A stretch of 64,000 nucleotides of DNA, from positions 310,001 to 374,000 of the forward strand of contig NW_005434630.1 of the NCBI RefSeq assembly GCF_000315625.1. The letters are read 5' to 3'. Of the stretch, positions 13,501-26,314 are shown in pieces. The notes under the pieces were generated by a model. That model worked only from the letters and a program-made list of their open reading frames with translations. It was not told the DNA's origin and ran no database searches. Source of the stretch: Guillardia theta CCMP2712. Its lineage: Eukaryota; Protista; Cryptophyta. Each line of letters opens with the position of its first letter. Positions within the stretch are counted from its first letter, which is position 1. A program made the position numbers and the translations under genes.

Positions 13501-16122
13501 GGAGGACTGCAAGATCAGTTACAGCAGCAGCAACAAAACCTCTCCCCCTTCCACCAAAAATTCGCCCGTACCGCAAAGATCTGTGGAAAGTCGTCGAGGA
13601 GTGGGCTATCCCGCGACGAGCTTGCTTCCTCCTCCTCCTCGTCTGCATTCAGAGTCCCATCGAATTCAAGGTCTTGTAAGGTCCCCAAGATGCCCTAGAG
13701 CAAGGAAGTCAGGCGAGAGGGCAGGAGGGGGCCGCTACCATAGAGTAGCGTCTTGCGATGAGCAGGAATTCAGAGATGATGCAATTCAGTGCTTTCTCCC
13801 TGCTGTGATAAGAAACATTGACAGCCCCATCGGCCTGTATAGCGAGGAAGGTCGATGCCATGTGGAGACAGACATTGATGGCAAGAGAAGCGATGAAAAG
13901 AGGAGACAAGTGACTCTCCTGCGTCAATTCTTCACATCTCCACCATCCAGTCTTCCTCGAAAGCACCTTGAGTCTGTCTCGAGCTGCTCCCGGCTCGATC
14001 CATGGAGAGAGACATCTTTCGAGAATCCTCTTGACAAGCTTGACTCCTCTTTCACCTGGGAGCCGTCAACTCTCCAGCACAACATCATGTCTTGTCGAGG
14101 GCAGACCTGCCTGAACCGGTTGGGACATGGCGAGGTTCAGCTCGACGTCTCTCCCAAGGAAATAGAGCTGGAGTGAGTGCAAGGAAATGTCTCCCTGAGA
14201 GATCAAGAGGCGATATGGCCGCTAATGGACAGTCAAGTCAGATCTGGACAGGAAGAACTCGATGACAACATGACTCCTGTCGAGGGGGTTCTCGAGGTCC
14301 GATCCTTCAAAATCGTACTTGTAGACCCGCAGAGCAGACGGCACATGTTCGTCTCCGTCCGACGAGTTCAGTCCAAGACAACCCTCGCACTCCTGATACC
14401 TGGCGCAGCCACACGTCAAAATCAAGAGTTCAACGGTCGGAGGCACATGTGAAAGGTATCACTTACTGTTTGAGAGCTTCTTCGCGCACGCCCATGGCTA
14501 GGTAGATGAGAGCGATAGACTCTCTGATCACTAGCTGACCTGCGCCGGGCCATCAGTGGAAGACTAGGACATGGTGCTGCTGTCACGATAGATGTCATTC
14601 GAATGCTGCGACTGCATCAGCTGCTGATAATCCTGGATCCTGCAGAATAGACGGGTCAACATACATCTACGAATGCGGTTCAATCACCTAGAGACGGCAG
14701 AGCTCAACAGCGTGTCCCTTATCTTGTGGAAAGCAGATTGCAGGTCGTCGCTGCTCTGATCTAAGAGGCCCTGCACCATTTGAGGTAAGAAGATTCAAGG
14801 CACAAGGTTCTTTCACTACAGTGCCAGAAGAAATTTGCACAAGCCGATTTCCCAACTGCTGAAATCATAAACACAGTCCACCGATACGCTCGCAACAAAC
14901 ACCTTTAGCTCTGTCCTCAGCTTCTCAACAAACTTGCGGGCACCCTGAATCTGCATTAAAGGGGAGAGGATGACAGATGCAAATCACGGAGCTTGCGGAG
15001 GTAGGCGACATGAATCTCAACCCAACACTTCCACTTCCCTTGGAGCCATTCAGCTCCTCCCTGTTCACGCACAGCAGGAGGCACTCCCCGGATACTGCCG
15101 ACCTGCTCCTGCGATCAGCACAAAATTGAAACCACTGTGATCTTCAACCTTCGGTTTATCCACTGCCTCAATCTGTTGATCAGATCGTGTTGGCTGTCTT
15201 TCTGTGCAGGCCCGTCAACCTCACCGGCCTCAGCAAGCTTCTTCTCGCACATGTACATCGTACTCGAAGACGAATATGTACAGGAAGGGCTTCCTCCACC
15301 TGGAACGCTGAATGATTCCCCATTTCCTCTCTCGCGAATCTAGTTACCAATTCAACGCTTCAGCCAAAGGATCAAAGAGCGGGGAATTTTCTTCCAGGAA
15401 TTCAGCCTTGGGTATCAGAGTGTAAATCCTTTCCGAGATAGTACTAAGCTGACTAAGTCACCTGCAGCTTGTTGATATTAAGAGTTTCTTCTTTCTCCTG
15501 TGCATCCTAATGCTTCAGTCTGGGAGATCGGTCGCTCTCGACGTTCAACACAACCTGCTGGTTGAATTTCCACAAGAATCCGCCAAAGGGTAGATAGTCG
15601 TTCTGTAAAAACTGAAAAGAACCGATCACCATGGAAGATTAGTTACAATTGTCTCACCTGCTCATGTATGTTCTGCCATATCTTCCAGTTCCCCGAGATC
15701 GACACCAACAACTGTGGCAGAGCATGAGATGGAAGTTCAGCGGGAGATGCTACGGTACCTTGTCATCCCCTTTTGAGGATTGCGACTCAGTCATGGGCAG
15801 CTATAGCCCAGAAGAGGAGGAGGAATCGATCTTACGTCAACGGTGAACCAACCTTGTTATGCGCCCATTGCGCATTCTGTGAGAGCTTGAATCTTAGAGC
15901 CATGATTAGGACAACAAGTTCCATTTCCGAATCACGCTTCAAATCATTCATGAGATGACTCTAACCTAGTGTGTTCATCGTTCATGAGAACTCCGAGTCT
16001 CTTCAGGTATCTTAGATACCATCAACAATGTTCTAGTCCCCTGCTCCTGCTCCCGCTCCCGCTCCCGCTCCCGCTCTCACTCCCCTGCTCCCGCTCCTGC
16101 CCACTGAATGAGTCTCTGCCAT
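10502..16122 (-). CDS. TRAPPC10: TRAPP II complex subunit TRAPPC10/Trs130, multi-exon with a ~2.8-kb last exon (start approximate)
   Basis: N-terminal exons WRKPFLYIFV, LVIRESIALIYLAMGVREEALKQ, SLQLYFLGRDVEL; C-terminal WFLVGRTK..FRLLPLYCGNLSLPAL..IHVLP, typical of the TRAPPC10 C-terminal domain. Confidence 0.75.
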
Positions 16123-16453
16123 AGCGTCTTAGCCCAATCCGACTGAAAGCAGTGGTTACAAACGGTTAAACTTATTCTTTACTCAACAATAGTGTCAGTT
16201 CTACTACCCCCTCAGACAACCACCCCTTCATGACCGTCTTTTATCACCCCTCCTTCTGTCCATTTCCTGTCCCACTCTCTAAGTCCATTTCCTGTCCCAC
16301 TCTATTACAGTGACTTCCAGTTAAGTGAAATTAAATTTCATAGTAACAAACTTCCTTTTCATCAATTTTTCAAATTTAGAAGAAATATTCATAAAATACA
16401 TCAACTATTTCGTTTTTTGAAGTTTCCGCGAACTAGAGGGGCACCCAGCAAAA

Positions 16454-19400
16454 ATGGCGCGAGAGAAATGGGGAGTGATCGAAGGGCGGGAGGACATCAT
16501 GGTTATCATTGCTCAGAAGCTCGACGGCCCTTCCTTTGCTCGGCTAGGCATGTGCTGCAAAAACCTCTCGTCCTTTGCTGATCGCGACAGCATCTGGAAG
16601 AGCTTCATGCCGGCCTTTTGGATGGCGACCAAGGTTCAGCCAATAGAGGATACGTTGAACCGCGGTAAGGAGGAGTCTGTGTGCACTCGTTCCTATCTTG
16701 ACGTCTTCCTCTTAGAATGGTTGAAGCCGTACAAGAACTGGAAAAGTCTCTGTATAGCATATTATAGCTACTTGAGAGCTTTGCCGCGGCAATACATTGA
16801 CATGACTTTGCTGTACGACAAATTTCTGTGCCTGAATCAAGCGGTTTTTGCAGATATCATGTTATCGATGGTAAGCTGTTCCTACCGAGACCTTTTGCAT
16901 GACATACACATGTTTGTCAGGCGATGATCACGCGAGCAGAAGATGGACAGTGCTGGCTCCTGCTATCCTGCCTGAACGCGTTTGGTGCGCAATGCCTGTG
17001 CTCGAGACATCTCAACTTAACGTCTCTCTTAATACAGTTATAAGAGATATCCAAAGGGCAATCTATCTGACAGATTATGTCACATCATGGATCTGTGGGC
17101 ACATCAAGAGGAAGGAAACTTGGACTAAATGCAGTAGGGCGTGCACAACAGAGATTTGTTCGCTCGCCGAATTCCTGGCTGTTGTCAGTTTGTCGAAGAT
17201 TCTCAGGGGACATGCAAAATACTTGGATCGTGATTTCTTTCCCAATGTAGAAGAATCAATGGCTCAAAAACAAGGTGGAGTATCAGCAACTGAATACCAG
17301 CAGTGTCAACTGCTGCTGCTTCAATTGGGTGCGGAGCATGAAGCAATGTTCTCTAATCTGTGAGTGATGCTCAGCCATTTATCTTTGTTGGGTCTGACAT
17401 GTGCTATTTCCTGTTTGGTCGGTTCATAGGTTGAGTGGAAGGGCTACTTGTATGATGCACAGCAGGAAGGCAATCCTAGATTTTCAAGGACCGCACTTCG
17501 ATCCAAACAAATACACAGCTCTGGATTGGGATGAGCTTCCCATGATCTACTTCGAATGCTTCTTTGATATGATCGATGTGGCAAGGTATGCCGCCAAGCT
17601 GATCAAAACCGGACAGAAACAAAATGAAGTATTCAAGATGTGCACTCGCGTCCGAGCATTGGAGCCAATCCTCCTAATCATGGCTCCTGAATGCGAGGGA
17701 CATCTGTGGGGAGACCTGGCCTATGTTTGTATGCATTTTGGCAGAGACAGAGATACCATCTGTGAGTAATGTTGCTTCAAGCATATTACACCTGACATAA
17801 ACTCTGCAAGATTGTTGTTCGAGGGCCGAAGAAATATTTTCTGACCTGACAGATCTGGCATTCATGACGTACATGAGGTACACCTTTGATGCTTGAACTT
17901 TAGGTGACTTGTATCGAAGATCAATGAGAGAGTACGACATGGAGTTGTTCCAAGATTTCATGCAAACTACTTCCCGGTGAAATCCCTGACATTTTGAAGT
18001 GTTTGGTCTCAAACTTGCAGGTTTTTGAACTATTGGGACCATCTAAGAAAAAGCAATCAAATAGACGAGGAGCTCAAAAAGAAGGTATTTTGCGTCTCTG
18101 ACAAGAATTATTGGAATAATCCTATCGATGCTTCAGTTCTATAAGGTAGCCGATTTCAGATTCCAAGTAATCAAGGTCATCCATCCGAAACAACCAGATG
18201 TTTGGATAAAGGTAATGCTGATTTTCATTGATAAATTCGGTTGACAAATTATGATATTAGGAGCTTGAAAGTAGGTTGGACGAGATAGACCAAGAAGATC
18301 CTCTATGCATGCAAGGTGCTGCTAATCGCATGAAGGACCACTGTACTTATCTCATTTCCAGCATTCAATCTTCGAGAAACTCACGCCTGTGCTCTGATAA
18401 GTGTGGAAAAATATACCAAAGTTGTTTATCAGAAACTCGTTCTTCGATGTTTGTGATTAATGGAGTCTATGTAGGCTTTGAAGTCTTTCTACATCATGCT
18501 CACACATGCTGTGCGAGTACAGGTAAGCTAGATTTGCTTCAGAAGGTATATGATGCTTCCTCCTTTGTGCACAGGGCATGCATTTAGATGTGGGTGAAGA
18601 CGATATGTTCGACCCTTCGGAGCCGACGACAGTTTACAAAATGTTAGAAACCATCGGCGATTGCTATCTCAAAGAAAATTTCTATTCTGAAGCTGCGATC
18701 GCAATTGAAGTGTGCATGCTTCTGATTTCCGGAGCGGTTCCAATGAAAAAACTCAGGTCCGTGCCTTAAATTCACCATTCCATGAGATCTAATTTATCCC
18801 AGAGAGAGAGCAGAAAACATGAGGTTTTTTTTGGACTCCCGTCCTCCATTGGGACGCAAGTACAACTGGAATTTCAACGACGAATATATTATGAAAATCT
18901 TTCTTGAGCTCACAACACAACATCAATCTGCGCTGACCATTGAGGGATATGTTTCGAATCACAAAAATGGCTACATGCATATGGAATCAGATATTTTGAG
19001 TAACCGGGTAATGACTGTGCATTTTCGTTCTTTCTTGTCAAATTCCAAAACCTTATCCAGGCGCAAGCCTTGTTCCGCATGTGTCGCATAGATGATGCAA
19101 GAGAGAGCTTGAGACTGTCTTTCCATCTTTCAAGTCAAATCATCGCGAATGGTACGATCGAATGTGCGATGTGTAATTTGAAATCACTTGTGGGTAGGGA
19201 GCCCAGAACAGTGGGTAGCGGGAGATTGGGCCATAACAAATCGACTGGTTGCATTAGGGACAATAGCCGACATTTACCTTGCCGTGGGTGATGTCCACCA
19301 AGCGAAGGCAATATACCAAGGGTGCGTCCCTTAGTAAGATGAAATCGCTTATTGACTTGAATCAGATGCATACCACTGTCTAACTTGTCTGAATACTACA

Positions 19401-20595
19401 TTTGTATGTGAATAGTACAAGCTACATTCTATGTCGACTGACTTCGATGCCAGCCCTTCCTGTAGAAGAACGCGAAACTTGTATCAAGGAGCACGTCTTG
19501 CCCAAAGATCCGTTCCTTGGTAAATTCCCTGAGGATAGGAATGCATACGAAGAGATCACAGAAACATTCCTGAAGGCTTACAGAGACAGATATCTCGGAT
19601 CGAATTCCGAACTTCAAGTGTCGAAAGTTGCATTCAACGCAAGTGGCCTAGCCCTTATCACTTGTCTGGGTAAGTCTTTTATCAGAGTTTTCAAAGGATC
19701 TTACCCTGCTGTCCCTGTCAGGCGATGTTGAGCTTCGATTAGAGAACTGGGGAAAAGCATATTCCTATGGCGAGATCGCTCTTGCTGCGGATTCACATAA
19801 GAGAAGTGCGTGCAAAGGAGCATATCTGTGCGGATACTCGTCCATGATGCAAGGAGATTATCTGAAGGCATTCGAATTCTTCAAATCTTGTCTCACTTAT
19901 TGCAAGAATTTCGATTTTGTTGGGAGCAAATCATATCTGGTGGTGGCACTGGGTCAACTCGTTTCGTTGTATCCCGTAAAATTGTCCGAGCTCCTTGAAT
20001 TTGTGGATGAATTGAACAAAGGGGATTGCTGGCTCTGCTACCGCCATCTATGCGAAGAACCGGATCTGAATGACCGTATGATCGTAGCGGCTGGATTCAT
20101 TAAGATGGGCAATTTCATAGCTGAATTTTTGGCGGGAGATGCACATTGCCGTGCTTTCGCAGAACTGCAATTAGGGCTGTTGCAATGCTCTACAAAATTT
20201 CACGAGTGCAAGCGAATAGCTGCTGCTGGCTCAAAGGAGGCATCTGGCGACTGTGAAAAATGTGCAATTGGTCTGGGTTTGATGCACACTGCTGTAAAAA
20301 CAGCAGTTCTTGCTGGAGACAGGATTTGCGAGTTGAACGCATGCGAGGTAACATGAGGATACACAAGAGACCGCAGAATATTGACTTGAGAGTTGGTGAT
20401 AGAGCTTGGCACGATTCTATCTTGAGGAGGGAGACAACGACAATGCACATAAACATCTTGCCAGGTTTGCTACCGAATTTCGCTTAATACTGATTCCTGA
20501 CACTTTCCCGCTGCAGATGTTCGCAGCTGGTTGAGGCGATAGACCACAAGGAAGCCAGGGAAAGAATCAATCGGCTGCTTGCCTCGGCCCAGTGA
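16454..20595 (+). CDS. F-box protein with C-terminal TPR-like helical repeats, multi-exon
   Basis: N-terminal EDIMVIIAQKLDGPSFARLGMCCKNLSSFADRDSIWK is F-box-like; later VYKMLETIGDCYLKENFYSEAAIAIE and AYLCGYSSMMQGDYLKAFEFFKSCL are TPR-like. Confidence 0.6.
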
Positions 20596-21652
20596 AACTC
20601 CGAGTTGTATCTCATGAAATTCAACGTTGGTGTTTTCAAAGTTTGAATGGAGTATTTGCGAGATGAAGGTCGAGGCGGCTGCAAAGGCTTCACTGTCCGC
20701 AGTTTATATATCAGAGCTCAGCAGAGCAGTGGTCGATTCTCCGAGTCTCCGAGCCTGATACTCAGTGAGAAATTGTAGATTTCCAGTGGGTGTTCGTGTA
20801 CAGAACAGAATAAATTGTCCAAAAGATCTTTATTGACTGAAAAAGAAGGACGAACCGGAGCAAACAAAGGAGGGGGAGGATAGAGCCAACAAACCCGCCT
20901 CAATAAAATACTAGGAAACGAAGGAGGCAGCGAAAACCGGCACTCCAACCACGATAATTGATAAAAAAATGTATGGATGGGGAAAAATCCGCCTCAGGTA
21001 TTCGTATAGTGGGAATTGAGAGGCAGCAATGTCGGTCAGTACTGCTGCTTTCCGTTCTCATTTCAATCGTTTTCGTGTTTCTAAATAGTTTTATTCCCCA
21101 TTCTCTGTTTTAAACCGGGGCATTCCTAGTGGGGTACTCACGACACCCCCACCCCCCATTTTATAAGGTTTTCTCTACCATTTGAGTGGGACGTAACTAG
21201 TCCCCCATGACCCACCCCATATAACAGTATTAAAGGATAGAACAGTTTTAAAGGGAATGGTGGATCAGGACAGGGTGGAGGGGAAAGAGGAAGTGGAAGG
21301 GGGGCAGGAGGAGCAGGAGGAGCAGGAGGAGCAGGAACAGGAGGAGCAGGAGCTAGCAGCACTACAAGGAAGGCGAACGAGGAAGGTACCATAGGGCCAA
21401 CATAATTTACAGAATCCAGGAAGTATGCATGGGTGAGCTGCATGGAGCAACAAGTTGGGTATAGCATGACAAACTTGGAGGTTGAGGATTAGGGAGTGAA
21501 CGAACTGCATGCAACAAGGGGTTGTGTTCCTCCACATAACAAGACAGTGGTTTCCTGTGTGCAAGAAGGAGTTGTTTTCTGAGTGTGGGAATGATAACTT
21601 CATATTGGACATGTCTTGAAAGCCGATTTACTTTGTTGACTCTACGTTGCAG

Positions 21653-23662
21653 ATGAAGCATTTCTCTTTTTGGCTGAAGCCTATCCTAGGAATGTCCTTG
21701 CTTGTATTGTCTTCAGCTTTCTTGTTACAAACAGCGAAATCTCCGTCCCCTGTCTACTTGGACAAATGCTTGAGGAGATGTTCAACAAAGTCACCTCGAT
21801 ACGTTGATCTAAAAGCTGCATCTTCAAGAAGAAACTCAAGAAGTTCTTTAGTGCAGACAAACATGTCTGGGGGTGTAGTCGACAGGTTGGAACTCCCTTG
21901 TTTGCTGCTTTGCGATGCTAATCGAGATTCAGTTTCAAGCGCGTTGCCGTGATAGCACTTGCTACGGTAGCGCTTCTTCTTTCACCTGGGGATGCCTTCG
22001 CAGCCAAGAGCGGAGGGAGAGTAGCAGGATCGGGTTTCCGCGCAGGAGCAGCGGCAAGAAGCTCAATGAAGGCGTCAGTGAGGTCTTCGATGAAGTCTTC
22101 TGCGCAGAGACAGATAGGTACGTCACCTCCTTGAGTCGTCCCCGTTTCCTTGTGATGCAGCAGCATCATGACCTTTGCTCATGGCAGGAGGTGGCGTGAT
22201 AGTGGCTCCTCCTCCCCTGTCTCCTCTTGGATATTCCCCCCTAGGTGTTGAAACTCGGCTGGAGGCTCCCGGCATCTTCAACTTGTAACTCTGGCGCAGG
22301 TCTATCTCCCTTTGGCGTGAGGCCGTTCTTCTACGGCCCCCTTCTCACCGACGTCGTTGTCATCGGAGGGGTCGCCTACGCCGGTGCGATGGCGTACAAC
22401 ATGTTTGAGAATGCGCGGCAAGGGAGGACGTCGGGTATCAACATCGCCAAGGTCCAAGTGGCGGTACGAGAAGCCGATGCCTGCCCCGTGCAGGGCTGAT
22501 CGTGACGTTGCGGCCCAGGTGTGCTGTGACAATAGAGGGCCAAATTCTCTCCTGGGTACAGTAGCAAGGCTGGCTCGAGATTGCGACAGCAGATCGCAGG
22601 TTTGCCTCAGAGGAGTCTCCTTAGCCTTCGGGTGCTGACCATGGGCGTCAGAGGAGCATGGCGAGCCTTGTGTCTGATGTGTCGCTCGCGCTCCTCCGGC
22701 GAGAAGTCGATTGGGTGTCAGCAGCCGTTGAGACGTGAGCTGAGATGGTCTGATGAAGTCATTGCCTGACGGGCTTGCGATCGTGTCAGGAAAACCGTCA
22801 AGGATATCACTGAGGGAGAGAACATCTTCTCGCAGGTAGTCTTGGTTCTCCCCGATCCGTGGGTTTGTGTTTAAACTGGCGTCTCAGATGTCCTTCACGG
22901 AGCGTGCAAAGGTGGAGAGGGAGACTTTCAACCTGTAAGGATCTGTTTACCTCCCTCCAGACTTTCGATGAGCCTTCGGTCTCCCTCGCATAATGTTTCT
23001 CCTGCAGGGTTGCGGGGAAGGACAAGTCGGAAGCAAGGAGCTCGGAGACAAAGGTTACTCCTCTTGCTTGTTTTGTCCCCAGCTCTCCATTGCTTGTCCT
23101 TTTTGTCATGCTCCTGCTGGTGATGACACCTTCTCCCTAGCTCGAGGACATCGGCAAGAGCACCATGGCTGTGATCACCATGGTGAGAGCAGTCTGCTGT
23201 TCCGTAGCTACGGTTCGGCTGAGAGCTTGATTCAGGTTGTCGCCATGGAGGGTAAGAAGCTTCCCGAGATCCGGGACAGTAAGAGTCTCAAGGAGGTGAG
23301 CATGCCTTGTCCTCCTGCGTTCCTTCCTCCTCCTCCTCACCCCCAGCACCGCAGGCTCTCATGTCGCTGGGAACAGAAGCTCTGAATGAGGACTCGCTCG
23401 TTGCTGCTGAGGTTATCCTCCCTGCCCCCTTATTCCTGCCGATGTGCCGAAGTTTCGTCTTGTCGCCCCCCGCCTCTGCTCTATTCATCTCCTCCTCGGT
23501 CTCCCTTTTCTCCTCCTCCTCGTCCTCCTCCGCCCACTGCTACCTACATGACGAGGTTGCTGACTTCTCCCGCGGCAGCTGCTCTGGGTGCCGGAGGAGC
23601 CATGGGAGTCGCTCACGGCGGATGACGTCATCCTCGAGTATCCCAACCTGCTGTCGCTCTAG
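21653..23662 (+). CDS. DUF1517 family protein (FLAP1-like), with a bipartite plastid-targeting leader
   Basis: AFAAKSGGRVAGSGFR, IAKVQVA, VSDVSLALLRREVDWVSA, MSFTERAKVERETFN, AAELLWVPEEPWESLTADDVILEYPNLLSL*. Confidence 0.88.
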
Positions 23663-24591
23663 AGGCCTCGCAAGTCACTAAGTGCAGTTCTGTAACCTAG
23701 ACACAAAAGTATAAAGCCATGTGAGCACCATACTACCACACCGGCACCACAGTGACTGACAGTGCTGACAGTGAGCCGGCGGGCCCTTGGCAGGGCCTCC
23801 CGGAGTCCTCCGAGACTCATAGACTGAGTGACTCCGGGGTATACTAACAAATCCGCCTCAACAGAAAACTAGGAGAAACAAAAGGCAGTAAAAACTACTA
23901 CTGCAAGCACACTAGCGTCGGCGACTAGTGGCCGGACTGACGTGTTGGGGTGTACAGCAGTGTAAGTGGTACAGGGGTAGGGGGGGTGAGTATATTTCAG
24001 GTGAAACAAAAATATATGGTATCTTCGTCGAAATTATTTTTAAAAGTTTAAAAATTTCAAAACAGAATATATACATTTGGATCAAATGTTTCGCTGCTGA
24101 CGCCAAGGGGGGTGGGAGAGTGTTGAGACTGGTAGGTCGATGCGCCTTGTGATTAGATTGATTACCAGTGGCAATGGAAGTGACAAGATGCGAGGAGAGG
24201 AAGGAGAGAGAGGAGGTGGGAAGAGGTGGGGAGAGGAGCATGGAAGGAGGATGGAAGAGAAAGAAGTAGGAGGAGGGATGGAGGGATGGAGGAGAGCAGA
24301 GGAGAGCAGGAGGAGAAAGAACACAAAGCACCGTTGGCAGAATCAAAACAAACAAGAGCAGTGGTGCTGCTACCCAGGCTGAATGTGGAGAAAAATATTC
24401 TCGCGCAGAACATGGCGATAATATGAACTGAGTCAAGGAAACGAAGAGTAATTCAGGACAAGTGTATGTCATGGAGTGAAAACTTGAGACGGAATCTGGA
24501 TCTTTCTGGTGTAGGATATCTATGTTGGAATTGTTTTGCTACTATGATATCTTCAGAAATTATCCTCTGTCAAATGACTGCTTATTCACAG

Positions 24592-26128
24592 ATGCGAAAA
24601 AGTTGCATCATTTTGGTCCTCCTCTCATTGTCAGTTGCAAACACCTTTGCATACTGTCCAACTCCCACCATACATTTCAAATCTCTCCGGAGTTCCCTAG
24701 GAAAGCTCACGAAGCAGGAGAGGTGATCTTGCCTTGACCGTTGCGTTTCTCCACGTGTGACGTACACAATCAGCATGTCCAGACCATCGAAGCTTGTCTT
24801 GAGGATGCAAGACAAGCTCGATATGTTCGTGAAGGAGCACAACAAACTGCACCTCGAGTCTCGGCTGAAATATCTCGAGCAGCAAGTGAGTAGTTTTTCC
24901 AGCAGCGCATGTTTGTGGCTCACAACAAGCTGACCTTGCTCGGTGCAGGCTATTGACGATCTCATTCTTGCAGTAGCGAAGTACGAGAATCCCGTGTTCA
25001 CGACCGCGTTGATTGCGGGGGACGACGTCATCTTGCACATCTTGCACAAGGTAGTTCAACCTGCGAATGCGTCGTGCAGGGCACTGAAGTTGTTGCATCA
25101 AAGTCTGGTCTGCTTCCGAAAGTGAAGGTTATTTGTTGCTCTGCTTGTTGTGACTCCGTTCCAATGTTGAGCACCATGAAACAGATTGTCTTCATCGACA
25201 CGTTGCATCTCTTTCCTGAGACGCTCGAATTTCTTGAGAAGGTTGTGAAACCCTCATGTCAGAACATTAGTACTCACACGTGTATTCTTCCAGGTTGAGA
25301 AGTTTTACGGATTCAAGGTTTTGACAGTCTTGATACTTGTGTACGGCATGATGACGCTTGACAGGCTGTGATCTACAAGGCCGAAGGATGCGAAACCCGC
25401 GAGGAGTTTGATGAGAAGGCAAGCCCCAAGTCCTATCACGCTGATGAAGCGCTCACTCTGGCTCAGTACGGGGACGATATCTTCATTGAAGACATCGAGA
25501 CCTACGACAAGTCGTGTCGTCGCTCCGATCAATGTGAGGCTGATTTCTTGCAGGGTAGCGAAGGTCGAGCCTCTCCTTCGGGCTCTGCGAGAGAGTAAGA
25601 CCAAACTCTGGATCAACGGTGAGGAGGCTGCGGAAGCTACCGAGAGCTCATGTCCTGCAGGGCGGAGACGAGATCAAGGCTTCGAACGAGCAGCGCTCGA
25701 GGTCTGGGAGAAGGAGAAGATGAACCCAATCGCTTTCTGGACCTTTGAGGTGTGTCGCGAGCCTGCTGGCTGTTTCGATGGCCTTGGAGTGAGTGCTTGT
25801 CAGGACTGCTGGAAATACATCGAGCAACACAAGGTCCCCTACCATCCCCTCCATGATGATGGCTACCCTTCCTTAGGTGACGTCCCAGCGTCGCATGCGA
25901 TGCTTACAGGACGCGATAGAGGCTGATCCATGTGCAGGAGACATGCACAGCACACTGCGCGTGGAGAAGGAGAAGTGGTTCTTGTACGGTGAGAGGAGGA
26001 GGAGGAGGAGATAGGGTTGGAAAATTCTGATTGAGAGAAAAGGAATGGAACGGGCTGGAAGGTTTCAGAATATGCAGAATCCCGATGGATCGGACAAGAC
26101 AGAGTGCGGGATTCACACAGTCAGGTGA
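24592..26128 (+). CDS. APS/PAPS reductase, Fe-S-less (APR-B/PAPR type), with a plastid-targeting leader
   Basis: IVFIDTLHLFPETLEF, YDKVAKVEPLLRAL, WINGRRRDQG, KMNPIAFWTFEDCWKYI, YHPLHDDGYPSLGDMHST, C-terminal KTECGIH. Confidence 0.92.
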
Positions 26129-26314
26129 GACGACTGGTTTTTGAATTGCCAGCTATCGGCCGCTGCTCGATTCCTTGACTTAATCGGTCGCAGTTCACCT
26201 CTCACAAAATGATTTCTTCGTGTCGAAATTTGGACGTTTGGATACAATATTCTTGTTGTTTCTCCTTAAATCACTTACAAGCATTGCATTCCATATGCTC
26301 TCTTACCCCTTCTC

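Noticed and set aside
11220-14452. Long plus-strand ORFs (415, 275, 175 and 160 aa)
   Set aside because: Antisense shadows of TRAPPC10 exons on the minus strand; no recognisable motifs
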